In this document: positions 22,990-33,490 of the stretch, piece by piece
Position numbering within the stretch: position 1 is the first letter of the stretch
How the letters are laid out: each line of letters opens with the position of its first letter
Source of the DNA: Tubiluchus corallicola
Lineage: Eukaryota; Animalia; Priapulida
Direction: 5' to 3'
Assembly (NCBI GenBank): GCA_030141605.1
Contig: JAQGDQ010000731.1
Location: forward strand, 1-64,000
DNA: 64,000 nucleotides
Position numbers and translations under genes: made by a program
Notes under the pieces: model-generated
Databases searched by the model: none
Told to the model about the DNA's origin: nothing
What the model saw: the letters and a program-made list of their open reading frames with translations, nothing else

Positions 22990-23362
22990 GCGATTACTAA
23001 GATTTTCCTTATTGTTTAAACAGGATCATTACGAGGTAGAAGTTATACAACATAGGATTTGCTCTGTTTAAATTCTTATCTGACGAGCTACTGGCTTCAA
23101 ACTTTCTATAAGTTTTGAAGTCTACTGTCATTATGCTGATCACGTCAGATTTTTCGTGCACTAGAATATTATAAGTACCATAATAATTGCACTAAAGACA
23201 ACTGTTGGCAAGAAAAAATTCACAATTTTGAATAGCTATGCTTCAGCATTAATAGTTATAGTGAAAAAGATCCGAAAGTAAGAGAAAATTTCTATGATGA
23301 GCTTGATAACTATAAAAGTACTGTACCAAAAAGTCATATTTTGGTAATCTGTAGAGATTTAC
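22990..23362 (+). mobile_element. Degraded RTE-like LINE AP-endonuclease fragment
   Basis: About 23220-23360 reads TILNSYA...SEKDPKVRENFYDELDNYKSTVPKSHILVICRD, resembling the YAP..EEFY..L...VPK...IIxGDFN segment of RTE endonucleases. Confidence 0.65.
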
Positions 23363-23745
23363 GTTGTGTTTTGTCATGTTTGGTAAGATTGTGTACGCCT
23401 GCTTCACTTTTTATCTGTCTCTTTGTTTTATGTTTTGTTGTATCTTCTCATCTATTGCTTTACCTTTTTCTTTATTTTTGTTGTTCTGTTTAACAGCTTT
23501 TGAAGTTCAATCATGCCAAAATATTTGTACCTTTCATCTATTACCTTATCTTTATTATTTCTTTATTTTTCTTTGTTCTGCTTTTAGCAGTTTTCCAGAG
23601 TTTAGTCGTTTCAAATTATTTGCAGTTTTGTAGCTAAGCAGAGACAGATATTGGAACAGCACAATTACGGAACACTCTAATTATGTAACATTAAACATAA
23701 TTTTTCATTTCAGAGTTAAAGGTGGAAGTGAATAATTTGATTAAA

Positions 23746-25221
23746 ATGAATGAACCTGAGAAACCGGATTCTGTCGTTGTAAAAGATGAAGTCAATGTTA
23801 CACAAAATACAGTAGGAGATTCTTATAAGGAAGATCCATTAGAACATGATATAAAAGTCGATGTTTTAACTGTAAAAGCAGAAAATATTTCAGCAGTTAA
23901 TGTAGAAAACAGTTTACATGTTGAAGGAACAAATTACGATGTTAAAGCTGTTGATATGTTCATAAAATTATCTGATGGTAAGTTAGTTAGAAGCGATAAG
24001 TTAAAGTCACACATTAATTCATGTGCGGATGACATGCCTTTTAAATGTGAGTATTGCCATGCTGCTTATCGTCACTATGGATCTTTAAAGCGACACTTGA
24101 GAAAACATACCGGTGAAAAACCATTTAAATGCACTCAGTGCAATTCTGCTTTCATTCAATCATACAGCTTAAAGATTCATTTGAGAACTCACACAGGTGA
24201 GAAACCGTTTCAATGTAATTACTGTGATGCAGCTTTTCCTCACATGGCAGGAGTGAAAAGCCACTTGCGAACTCACACTGGAGAAAGGCCTTTCAAGTGT
24301 GAGCATTGTGAATCTGCTTTTCGCTGGTCAAGTGACTTAAAACGGCACTTGAGATCCCACACAGGCGAGAAACCATTTAAGTGTAAACAGTGTGAGGTTG
24401 CTTTTACCTGGGCGAGTGCTTTGAAGCAACACGTACAAACACACACAAGGGTGAAAGCATTTAAATGTATTGAGTGTGATGCTGCTTTTGGAAGATCAAG
24501 CCATTTACAGCGGCACATGCAATCTCACACTGGACAGAAGCCATTCAAATGTTATCAGTGCAGTGGTAGTTTCACTCAGATGAGTACATTGAAGGCTCAT
24601 CAAAGGATTCACACAACAGAAAAGCCATTTAAATGCGATAAGTGTGAATCTGCTTTTGCTTGGTCAACTAATTTAAAAAGGCATGCAAAAACTCATTTGG
24701 GAAAGAAGACATTTAAATGTAAGCAGCATGGTATTGCTTTCGCTAGTGCAAGTATTTTGAACAATCATTTAAAAACACACATTGACAAAAAGCAATTCAA
24801 GTGTGTTGAGTGTTCTGCAGCATTTGTTCAGTCAGGTCATTTGAAAGAGCACCAAAAAACTTACAGTAAAGCAAAAACTTATATATGTGTCCAGTGCGAT
24901 GCATCCTTTGCTCGGTCACACACGTTGAAGCAACACTTGAGGATTCACACAGGAGAGAAACCTTACAAATGTGGTAATTGTCATGTTGCTTTCACTCAAT
25001 CAGGATCACTAAGAGAACATCAGAGGATCCACACAGGAGAAAAACCTTTTATGTGTTCACGTTGTGGTGCTGCTTTTATAAGCTCAAGTCATTTGAAAAG
25101 ACATTTACAAACTCACACAGTGGAAAAGCCTTACAAGTGTTCACAGTGTGATGCTGCCTTTAAACACTCTGGCACACTTAAGAATCATCTAAAGATACAC
25201 ACAGGAGAAAAAATACTTTAA
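23746..25221 (+). CDS. C2H2 zinc-finger protein ZNF-4, 14 fingers (fingers 9 and 10 degenerate)
   Basis: ORF 23722-25221. Acceptor tttcatttcAG at 23712-23713; first ATG at 23746. The frame is open back to the acceptor, so an upstream coding exon is possible. Confidence 0.92.
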   Translation: MNEPEKPDSVVVKDEVNVTQNTVGDSYKEDPLEHDIKVDVLTVKAENISAVNVENSLHVEGTNYDVKAVDMFIKLSDGKLVRSDKLKSHINSCADDMPFKCEYCHAAYRHYGSLKRHLRKHTGEKPFKCTQCNSAFIQSYSLKIHLRTHTGEKPFQCNYCDAAFPHMAGVKSHLRTHTGERPFKCEHCESAFRWSSDLKRHLRSHTGEKPFKCKQCEVAFTWASALKQHVQTHTRVKAFKCIECDAAFGRSSHLQRHMQSHTGQKPFKCYQCSGSFTQMSTLKAHQRIHTTEKPFKCDKCESAFAWSTNLKRHAKTHLGKKTFKCKQHGIAFASASILNNHLKTHIDKKQFKCVECSAAFVQSGHLKEHQKTYSKAKTYICVQCDASFARSHTLKQHLRIHTGEKPYKCGNCHVAFTQSGSLREHQRIHTGEKPFMCSRCGAAFISSSHLKRHLQTHTVEKPYKCSQCDAAFKHSGTLKNHLKIHTGEKIL

Positions 25222-25858
25222 CTCTCAGCCCAGTTTTAATATTTTAGCGTTTTTCAAACATGCTTTTAATTAAAAATTTTCCATTCCAAAAGTTTGTTTA
25301 ACTGACTCTTTGTTATGATACCTCTAAAAGACTCTTGGCTTTTCAATAACCAAAGTTACTTACAAAGTTTGCAGATTAAGTGCTGCTTTTGGTATTTAAG
25401 CATTAATCACATACTCAGTTCTACTCAATTAAGTGAAGTTTGCAATTACGGGGTTGGAGAACGGATAAAATCGGTTTGTATTGTTTTTAATGGATTTATC
25501 AATCCGTTTGTCAGACCTTCATTATGATTTATTTTTTCTGCTGTTCTTTGGTATTGACTTTTTGTTCCACAGGTGAATAATATTTACGCGTTTCGGATGC
25601 TACATACATAAAGGCTAATTTATGTGTAAAACTCCTTTTTTATTTGAAAAAAAATGTTTTATTTTTAAGAATACTGAAATTGAACTGAAGAGTTGGTATA
25701 CTAGTTGCAACTATTAGGATCTAAGAAGTATTTATTTAACATTAAATTTTGTATTACTGATATACATGCTTGTGTCTCTATACTGTAAGTTTGTGATTTT
25801 TATGAATATGTATAACATCACCGAAATACTGTTGCTAAAAGTATAACTGAAATATCCA

Positions 25859-26532
25859 GTAGGTAAATGCATGTGTTTTCACTGTAGGTAAATGCATGTG
25901 TTTTCACTGTAGGTAAATGTATGTGTTTTTCCTGTAGGTAAATGCATGTGTTTTCACTGTAGGTAAATGTATGTGTTTTCACTGTAGGTAAATGTATGTG
26001 TTTTCACTGTAGGTAAATGTATGTGTTTTCACTGTAGGTAAATGCATGTGTTTTCACTGTAGGTAAATGTATGTGTTTTCACTGTAGGTAAATGCATGTG
26101 TTTTCACTGTAGGTAAATGCATGTGTTTTCACTGTAGGTAAATGCATGTGTTTTCACTGTAGGTAAATGTATGTGTTTTCACTGTAGGTAAATGCATGTG
26201 TTTTCACTGTAGGTAAATGTATGTGTTTTCACTGTAGGTAAATGTATGTGTTTTCACTGTAGGTAAATGTATGTGTTTTCACTGTAGGTAAATGCATGTG
26301 TTTTCACTGTAGGTAAATGCATGTGTTTTCATTGTAGGTAAATGCATGTGTTTTCACTGTAGGTAAATGTATGTGTTTTCACTGTAGGTAAATGCATGTG
26401 TTTTCACTGTAGGTAAATGCATGTGTTTTCACTGTAGGTAAATGTATGTGTTTTCACTGTAGGCAAATGCATGTGTTTTCACTGTAGGTAAATGCATGTG
26501 TTTTCACTGTAGGTAAATGTATGTGTGTTCAT
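25859..26532. repeat. 25-bp minisatellite (actgtaggtaaatgYatgtgttttc), about 27 copies
   Basis: Near-perfect tandem units with a single C/T variant position. Confidence 0.96.
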
Positions 26533-27739
26533 TTATACTATTATTAGCAATCTCTATTGCTTAATTCAGCAGAAAAAATGTGGTGTGATAAAAGAGGAAC
26601 TACGTTCTCTTTCAGAGGATGACAATTTCAATCAGTAGTCAGTGAATTTTTACTTAATGCTAGTGATTTACCTGATTTTAATCAGTTAATCAGGACATCA
26701 AAGGTATTTTAACTAATACAATATAACCTGTTAATTATCTTTTTTGTAATTATTTTTTGTTACATAACATTCTCATTTTTGGCTTTTGTATTGTTTGTAC
26801 TTGTATTGAAAAATATGTACTGTACTAACAAGTATGTAATAAAATCATGATAATAATAAAAAAGCAGAATTCATAATAATAAATTATTAATTCAGTTAAC
26901 GTTTTCGAAACTTTACTGTTTAATCAGTACAATAGAAAGACAAACCAACTGAGCAAAATCATAATAGTTATTCATCTAAATAAATTATATAGGTGCTACA
27001 ATAGAGAAAGAATATCACAATATTATCACAATAACGAATGACTTAAGTTACGATAGTAAAATAGAGGATGTTCCAAAAGAAACTGCACAGCAGAAACCTG
27101 ACAAATTATAACAAAATTAATACTGATATAAGGTAAGTAATACATTACTTCAAAGCAGTAAGCATAATACAATTTTATGTATAAGAAAACTTGTTATCCA
27201 TATTTTCTACTGTCTCTTGCAGCAATTATTCCTAATGCACTTTTAACATTGAGCGGTACATTTAATTCCGCATTTACACAAAACTGAAAATACCGATTGA
27301 GGTAGTTTTAAGTGACTTTAATTTGTCCCAGTGAGAATCATTAAGTATTCAAGTTATTAATTGAAGAATTATCGAATTTCTCTAAACCACCTGCTCTAGG
27401 ACTGCAAAAAAGTTGGTACTAAGCAAGTTTTGTTTATTATAACGAGGTGGATTAATACACACACGTCTAAACAAATACAGCCAGTTCGCATTATAAGTGG
27501 GTGGGGAGGTAGGGGGTGTCTGACTACATTAAAAATAATCATTGTCATTTACGGAACATCTAAATGTTACGTTAAGTTGTTTCTCTAAAAAAACAACTAA
27601 ATAAACAAAACTTTGTAGCACAAATTGTTTATAAAATTACTTTTAATGGCAACATTTTTTCTGCAGATCTGCGTGACACACAATTTTGAGTTTAACTGCA
27701 CCATTCGAAATAGGTCTTATAAGACTTATGAATTTTCTG

Positions 27740-28385
27740 TTACTGTATGCACACAGACATAACTAAATGATTACAAATTAGGTATTATTCTGTTCAGAAG
27801 AACCTCGGCTATGAAATCATGCTATTTGCTTAAGCATTTATGACTGATTTAGTTGGATAAAGTAAAGAAAATCGCACCTTTTTCAGGCACCGCAACTTAG
27901 GCTATTAAGTAACCTATTCTGGTGTGCACTTGCTTGATCGTACACTTTATTTTATTGATTATCTGCTTGCCAAAACCCAAGAGAACCGTCTACTATACAG
28001 ACTTCCAGGAAAAACCAACCGATCAGCCAAATAGAAATTAACGTCATTTCATCTTTCAGCTGGAATTTATTGTTAAAAATAGAGCAGACTTGCAGCGAAA
28101 GTGTATCAGATTGTTGCATCTCAATAGTTGAAATTATCTGCACCAGCCAATTTCACACAAGTAATACTGTACATTGTTACAGTGCAAACACTGCAGTTAC
28201 TAAAAGCTTTTTCAATTTTTATGTCAAAAATCAATTTTTAATTTGACGAAAGCAAGCAAGTGCAAGTCCACATATAATCTTGCGAAAAAATGGATGGAGT
28301 GAGGAGTAGAAACCTACAAAAATTATCAAATGCTGTAATCACTGCTTAATAAGTGCGCAGATTTGTGATCAAACCTGGAGTTAAA
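27740..28385 (+). mobile_element. Dispersed repeat family R1 (probable non-autonomous transposon)
   Basis: acacagacataactaaatgatt...ttttcaggcac...ctggtgtgcacttgcttgatcgtacac...gagtagaaacctacaaaaattatc is shared with 46295-46740 (+), 37600-38170 (-) and 33270-33490 (-). Confidence 0.75.
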
Positions 28386-28405
28386 TAACATATAAGGACA
28401 ACACT

Positions 28406-30244
28406 TTAACTAATTTCGTTTAATTTTTTAGTATTACTGACTAATTTGAAATACTTAGCACTTGACGCATTTAGATGTGTTCTTCTGTGCTGTTGCAAAT
28501 TTGAAGACCAAGCAAATACTGCATCGCATTGGTCGCACTTAAATGGCTTTTCCCCGGTATGAGTTCTCTTATGGTGCTTCAGATCAGTAGCCCATGTAAA
28601 GGTGGCTTCGCAGTGAGAACACTTAAATGGTTTCTCTCCACTGTGGACTTTTCTGTGCTTGTAGAGAGAAGATGACCGTGCAAAGGCATCTCCACATTCG
28701 GTACACATAAATGGCTTCACACCAGTATGAGTTATCACATGTGCAGACAAACCGTTAGCCCCAGCAAATGTAGCATCACACAGGGTACATTTAAATGGCT
28801 TCTCACCAGTGTGGCTTCTTTTATGACGTTTTAGGTTACTAGCCTGTATAAAAGCAGCTCCGCACTCACTGCACAAAAACTGTTTCTCACCCATGTGAGT
28901 TTTTTTGTGCCTGTTCAAATTTGAAGTACAAGTAAAAGTGGCCTCACATTCACTACATTTAAAAGGTTTCTCGACAGTGTGCACTTTCCCATGCTTCTTT
29001 AAATCTGACACTTGAAGAAATGCTACTCCGCATACAGTACACATAAATGGTTTTTTATTGGCGTGTTTTTCCCCATGAGAGTTTAGAGTGGAGGTATATG
29101 TAAAAGCAGCATGGCAATCAGTACATTTGCATGGTTTTTTACAGACAGGAGTTTCTGTATGCTGATTTAGCTGAGATTCAAGTGTGGTGTCACATTCATT
29201 ACATTCAACTAGTTCATCATTGTCACCTTTTGCAGTTACGTTCAATATAGGTTTGTGTTTAAACATTAGCCTAGACTCATATTGAAAAGGCACGACATCT
29301 GATGACTGATTTGGCTTAACGGGCATCCCAGAATTCAGCACATCAACTTGCTTTTGACTGTAGAAAGCTGGTGATGATAACTCTGAATGTAACGGATTAC
29401 TTAGTGTTGATCTCGGCTCAGTCACTAAATTAGTTTCATCAGTTGATGAAACACTTGGTTTAGTCACCAAATTAGCGCCATTAGTTGACACTGCACTTGG
29501 TTCAGTCACCACGTTGGCTCCACCAGTTGACACTGCACTTGGTTCAGTCACCACGTTGGCTCCACCAGTTGACACCGCACTTGGTTCAGTCACCACGTTG
29601 GTTTCACCAGTTGACACCACACTTGGTTCAGTCATCACATTGGTTTCACCAGCTGACACTGCACTTGGTTCAGTCATCATGTTGGTTTCACCAGCTGACA
29701 CTGCACTTGGTTCAGTCATCACATTGGTTTCACCAGTTGATGCTGCACTTGGTTCAGTTACCACGTTGGTTTCACCAGTTGACGCCGCACTTGGTTCAGT
29801 CACCACATTGGTTTCACCAGTTGACGCCGCACTTGGTTCAGTCACCACATTGGTTTCACCAGCTGACACTGCACTTGGTTCAGTCACCACGTTGGCTCCA
29901 CCAGTTGACACTGCACTTGGTTCAGTCATCACGTTGGTTTCACTAGCTGATGCTCCACTTGATTCAGTCACCACATTGGTTTCACCAGTTGACCCTGCAC
30001 ATGGTTCAGTCATCACGCTGGTTCCGCCAGTTGATGCTGCACTTGGTTCAGTAACCACGTTGGTTTCACCAGTTGATGCTGCACTTGGTTCAGTAACCAC
30101 GTTGGTTTCACCAGTTGATGCTGCACTTGGTTCAGTAACCACGTTGGTTTCACCAGTTGATGCTGCACTTGGTTCAGTCACCAAATTTGTTCCACCAGTT
30201 GATGTTGCATGATGCCCTGGCTGACTGATGCATGGCTGAATCAT
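28406..30244 (-). CDS. C2H2 zinc-finger protein ZNF-5, 8 fingers plus 1 degenerate, N-terminal 14-aa Ser/Thr-rich repeat x19
   Basis: ORF 28406-30274 has an in-frame TAA at 30283-30281 and first ATG at 30244. Candidate 5'UTR intron 30404-30518 (cag|GTAAAT ... tttctgcAG). Confidence 0.9.
   Translation of the reverse strand: MIQPCISQPGHHATSTGGTNLVTEPSAASTGETNVVTEPSAASTGETNVVTEPSAASTGETNVVTEPSAASTGGTSVMTEPCAGSTGETNVVTESSGASASETNVMTEPSAVSTGGANVVTEPSAVSAGETNVVTEPSAASTGETNVVTEPSAASTGETNVVTEPSAASTGETNVMTEPSAVSAGETNMMTEPSAVSAGETNVMTEPSVVSTGETNVVTEPSAVSTGGANVVTEPSAVSTGGANVVTEPSAVSTNGANLVTKPSVSSTDETNLVTEPRSTLSNPLHSELSSPAFYSQKQVDVLNSGMPVKPNQSSDVVPFQYESRLMFKHKPILNVTAKGDNDELVECNECDTTLESQLNQHTETPVCKKPCKCTDCHAAFTYTSTLNSHGEKHANKKPFMCTVCGVAFLQVSDLKKHGKVHTVEKPFKCSECEATFTCTSNLNRHKKTHMGEKQFLCSECGAAFIQASNLKRHKRSHTGEKPFKCTLCDATFAGANGLSAHVITHTGVKPFMCTECGDAFARSSSLYKHRKVHSGEKPFKCSHCEATFTWATDLKHHKRTHTGEKPFKCDQCDAVFAWSSNLQQHRRTHLNASSAKYFKLVSNTKKLNEIS
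29410..30205 (-). repeat. Coding 42-bp minisatellite x19 (STGETNVVTEPSAA)
   Basis: Unit ttggttcagtcaccacgttggtttcaccagttgatgctgcac on the plus strand; 19 units counted in the protein. Confidence 0.95.
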
Positions 30245-30629
30245 GCTCAACAGTTGTGATTTGCAATTTTTCAATGTTGGTTAAAAGCTTCCGTGTGCTT
30301 TTTACTTTTCAGCTAAAAAGGTAATTTCCAAAAAATCACTGAATTTGCAAAAACAGCGCAGCCAATTACGTAAATTAGGGTGGGGTTGATTGACAAATTC
30401 CTTCTGCAGAAATGTTTATAATTTTTACAATGTTCTAAATTTAGCTAATTAAATTATATTAATTACTAGTGGCAACTGCCACATTGTCACATATAAATAA
30501 TAATAGTCTGTAATTTACCTGGTTACAAACCACGTCAGGTACAACATGGCTAAAAGTACAGGCTGCACTGATAAACATTTTTCACTCAGACAGTTGGCAA
30601 CGGCAACAGCAGAAAGATGGGCATGTTGC

Positions 30630-30665
30630 TCCGTCATCATTTTGCGCACTTCCGGATGCGTGTTT
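30630..30665 (-). promoter_or_regulatory. Candidate ZNF-5 core promoter (ETS/GABP-type CCGGAAGTG followed by YY1-like caaaatga)
   Basis: The minus strand reads ccggaagtgcgcaaaatgatgacgg about 130 nt upstream of the splice donor at 30518. Confidence 0.45.
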
Positions 30666-31439
30666 TTGCCAACTTTCTGCAACAAACAAATAAATAAACA
30701 GCTAAATAAACAAGGTGCAACGCCACCTAACATATGAGAATAAGCACAAATAACAAACCCGGTTTTTGGTTTGTTTTTTATTGGCTTTTAGTTATAACAC
30801 TTCCATAAAAAAATCCTAATTACAGTTTTTAAATGTTACAAAAATTTCCTCATACTAAACTTGCTACAACCAAATTCACCTGTGCTAAACTTACTAGTAA
30901 CAAACTTATTGTGCAACTTGTATCATTTGCTAGGCCTCAGCATATTTGACACTCATAGATCCAGTAATATGTGGCTGAGTCAGTAGATAGTCTAGAAATT
31001 ACCAGATTTTCAGCAGTAAAATTTTGTTATCATTCTTTATCTTATCAAGTTGCCAAACTGTGGAATATGTTGCAAAAAGAGAATTTAGAATGTGTAACGA
31101 TTTAAATAAGTTTAAAGATTCTGTAAAAATATGTTCAAAAAATGCCTGGTTCTTCAATGCACAACTGTCAGTGCTGCATAACATGTCATGTAAGTGCTGT
31201 TTAACTTGAAGAGTTACCTATAAAGTTATAATCTTGTACTTCTTAATATTGCAACTATGTTGTATAAAAAATTCCTAAGTCTGTAATGCAATATATGTGT
31301 GCTTACAAGCCAAAATCATACATAAGTTGGTATAGTTAAAACTACGTTATGACGCTTCAAAGACGAATAACCGAAAAATTTGCAACATACTACTTTTTTC
31401 ATAAAAGCAAACACTAAATACATTGTACTTTACCCCATG

Positions 31440-31850
31440 CCTATTTTTCTGATTAGACACTAGTACTGCAATTGTATAAAACTTGTATTTTCAAACTCTG
31501 CTTGTGGAAGCAGGCTTTTTTTCTGTTGACAAGAGCAGATATTCGTCAGGAAGAGCCATCTACTGGATTTAAACACATTTTCAGCGTGATGTTGGACGGT
31601 ACATCGGTTGCTAAGTGTTTTGTAAAAACAGAACAAAAATGGCTGACTTTAACAGAGATTTTTTCAAGATTATATTTTTCAGAGTGTAGCCTGCAACTCA
31701 ATTTTAACTAGGATTATCTCAGCTTAGAATAGCTGAGTACTGAACTTGGTATCAAAGTGATTCTCATGAAATGGAGATTCACTAATATGTGAATAATTAG
31801 AAAAGCTTAACTGCTGACTCATGAATGATTTTGCTATGCAAGCACAAAAA
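31440..31850 (-). mobile_element. R2 family copy
   Basis: Reverse-complement match to 18345-18790 (gaagagccatctactggatttaaacac; aaaatggctgactttaaca; cttggtatcaaa). Confidence 0.72.
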
Positions 31851-32389
31851 TGAATGCTTAATCAGTCATTTTGCTTGTAAACCCTGTTGGAATATTTTAG
31901 ATCAATGTTGTAATTATTCTGTTAAACATCATCTGAATCAAATCAATCCAAGTTTATTTCTCTCTGTAACACTTCAGAAGCGAATACACATACAGAAATG
32001 TACTCGATTGCCGATCCATTTGTGATTGACCCAACTCGCTATGAATCTCTTACATAGCCACACTAAACACAGTATAACTTGTATTTCTCCATTTCTAAAA
32101 AAATGTGTACTACTGCCCCAGGTGGCAGCTCTGTATGGCATGTATTCTTGTCAGTCAGGTTCTCCGCTCACACATTTACATGCAATGTAGAAATTTTTAT
32201 TTCGTTTTACTTCTTTTTATTTGTTGGAAAATAGCCCTCGGCTAATGTTTTCTTTGAAATATGTGAGCATGTATATCAAAACGTTATCATGTTTCAAAAT
32301 AGGATGACCTAAAAAGTTGGTCAAATGTCAATTTTTCGTAAATTATAAAACCAAACGCGAAATATATTGGACTTTCACATTCTATGCTA

Positions 32390-32780
32390 TTAAATTATCA
32401 AGAGTGATCAAAAATGCTAAAAATTTAATTTTATAACTTCTTACCCACTTTTCTGTAATACTAATACTGCAATCGTAAAAAACTTCTGATGGTAGCTCGT
32501 GGAAGCAGTCATTTTGCTTCGGTTTTTTCTGTTGACAAGCCTGGATCTTCGTCAGGAAGAGCCATCTATTGGATTTAAACATAATTAGACGAGTTCTCTA
32601 ACAGAAGGTCCGTAGGAACCAACGCTTGTGCAGTTGCTAAGTGTTTTGTCAAACAAAGAAGGCGACAAAAAACAATGGCTGACTTTAACAGTGATTTTCT
32701 CAAGATTATGTTTTTCAGTGTTGAGCCTGGACCTCAACTCAATGTGGATTATTTCAGCTTAGAAGTAACATAGACGTCAT
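32390..32780 (-). mobile_element. R2 family copy
   Basis: gatcttcgtcaggaagagccatctattggatttaaacat...atggctgactttaacagtgatttt. Confidence 0.72.
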
Positions 32781-33269
32781 AAGCATTAAAATGAATAATA
32801 ATTAAAGTACACCACTTCACCTCAGTGCACTCTGGTATGGTACACTCCGCCTAGACACATCTTAGACACACCGCTAAATAAATAGCAAGAAGTGGCTACG
32901 TGTATCAGTTGTATCGTTGCAATAAGTTTGACTAGTACTGAAACAGTTCAGTAATTTGTTGTTGTAAATAAACTTGTTTTAGATTACATTATTAAAAAAT
33001 AACAGAAAACTGACCTTAAAACAGGTAAACACAGTAGTAGTTCTTGCCAAAACTAGGCACTGTTAGCGTATTACAGACATTTTTAAGAAGCGCTACTTTA
33101 CGAAACGACTTATTCATGGAATTCACAATAATTTTTGCTTCTTCTTGTGTGCATCACACCACTTGATGGAAACCCAAAAAGTTACTCTCTTCACGACCGT
33201 AAGTGTTTGCTGCATCATTCTGCATGGGTTATAGAATAGCTATTGTTATTAAATACCGATTACATTATA

Positions 33270-33490
33270 TATGATCATTTTTGTAGGTTTCTACTCTTTG
33301 CACTATGAATTTTAATGCAAAATTATTATAAACTGCATTAACTTACCTTAGACTGGTCATCGGCTGATCAGTAGGTTTTTCCCAGAATAGCAGCAGAACA
33401 CTCCACAGTTTGAGCTTTAGCAAAAACATGCGAGCAGTAAAGTAGTTTGTACTATCATGTAGGTGTACACCAGACTAATTAAACATAATT
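33270..33490 (-). mobile_element. R1 family copy (internally deleted)
   Basis: tttttgtaggtttctactc...ggtttttcccagaatagcagcagaac...gtgtacaccagact matches 37660-38045. Confidence 0.7.

Noticed and set aside
19201-26532. Regular short repeats (40-bp and 25-bp here; also 24-bp and 45-bp elsewhere) as CRISPR arrays
   Set aside because: Units are head-to-tail with no unique spacers, there are no cas genes, and the context is spliceosomal and eukaryotic.
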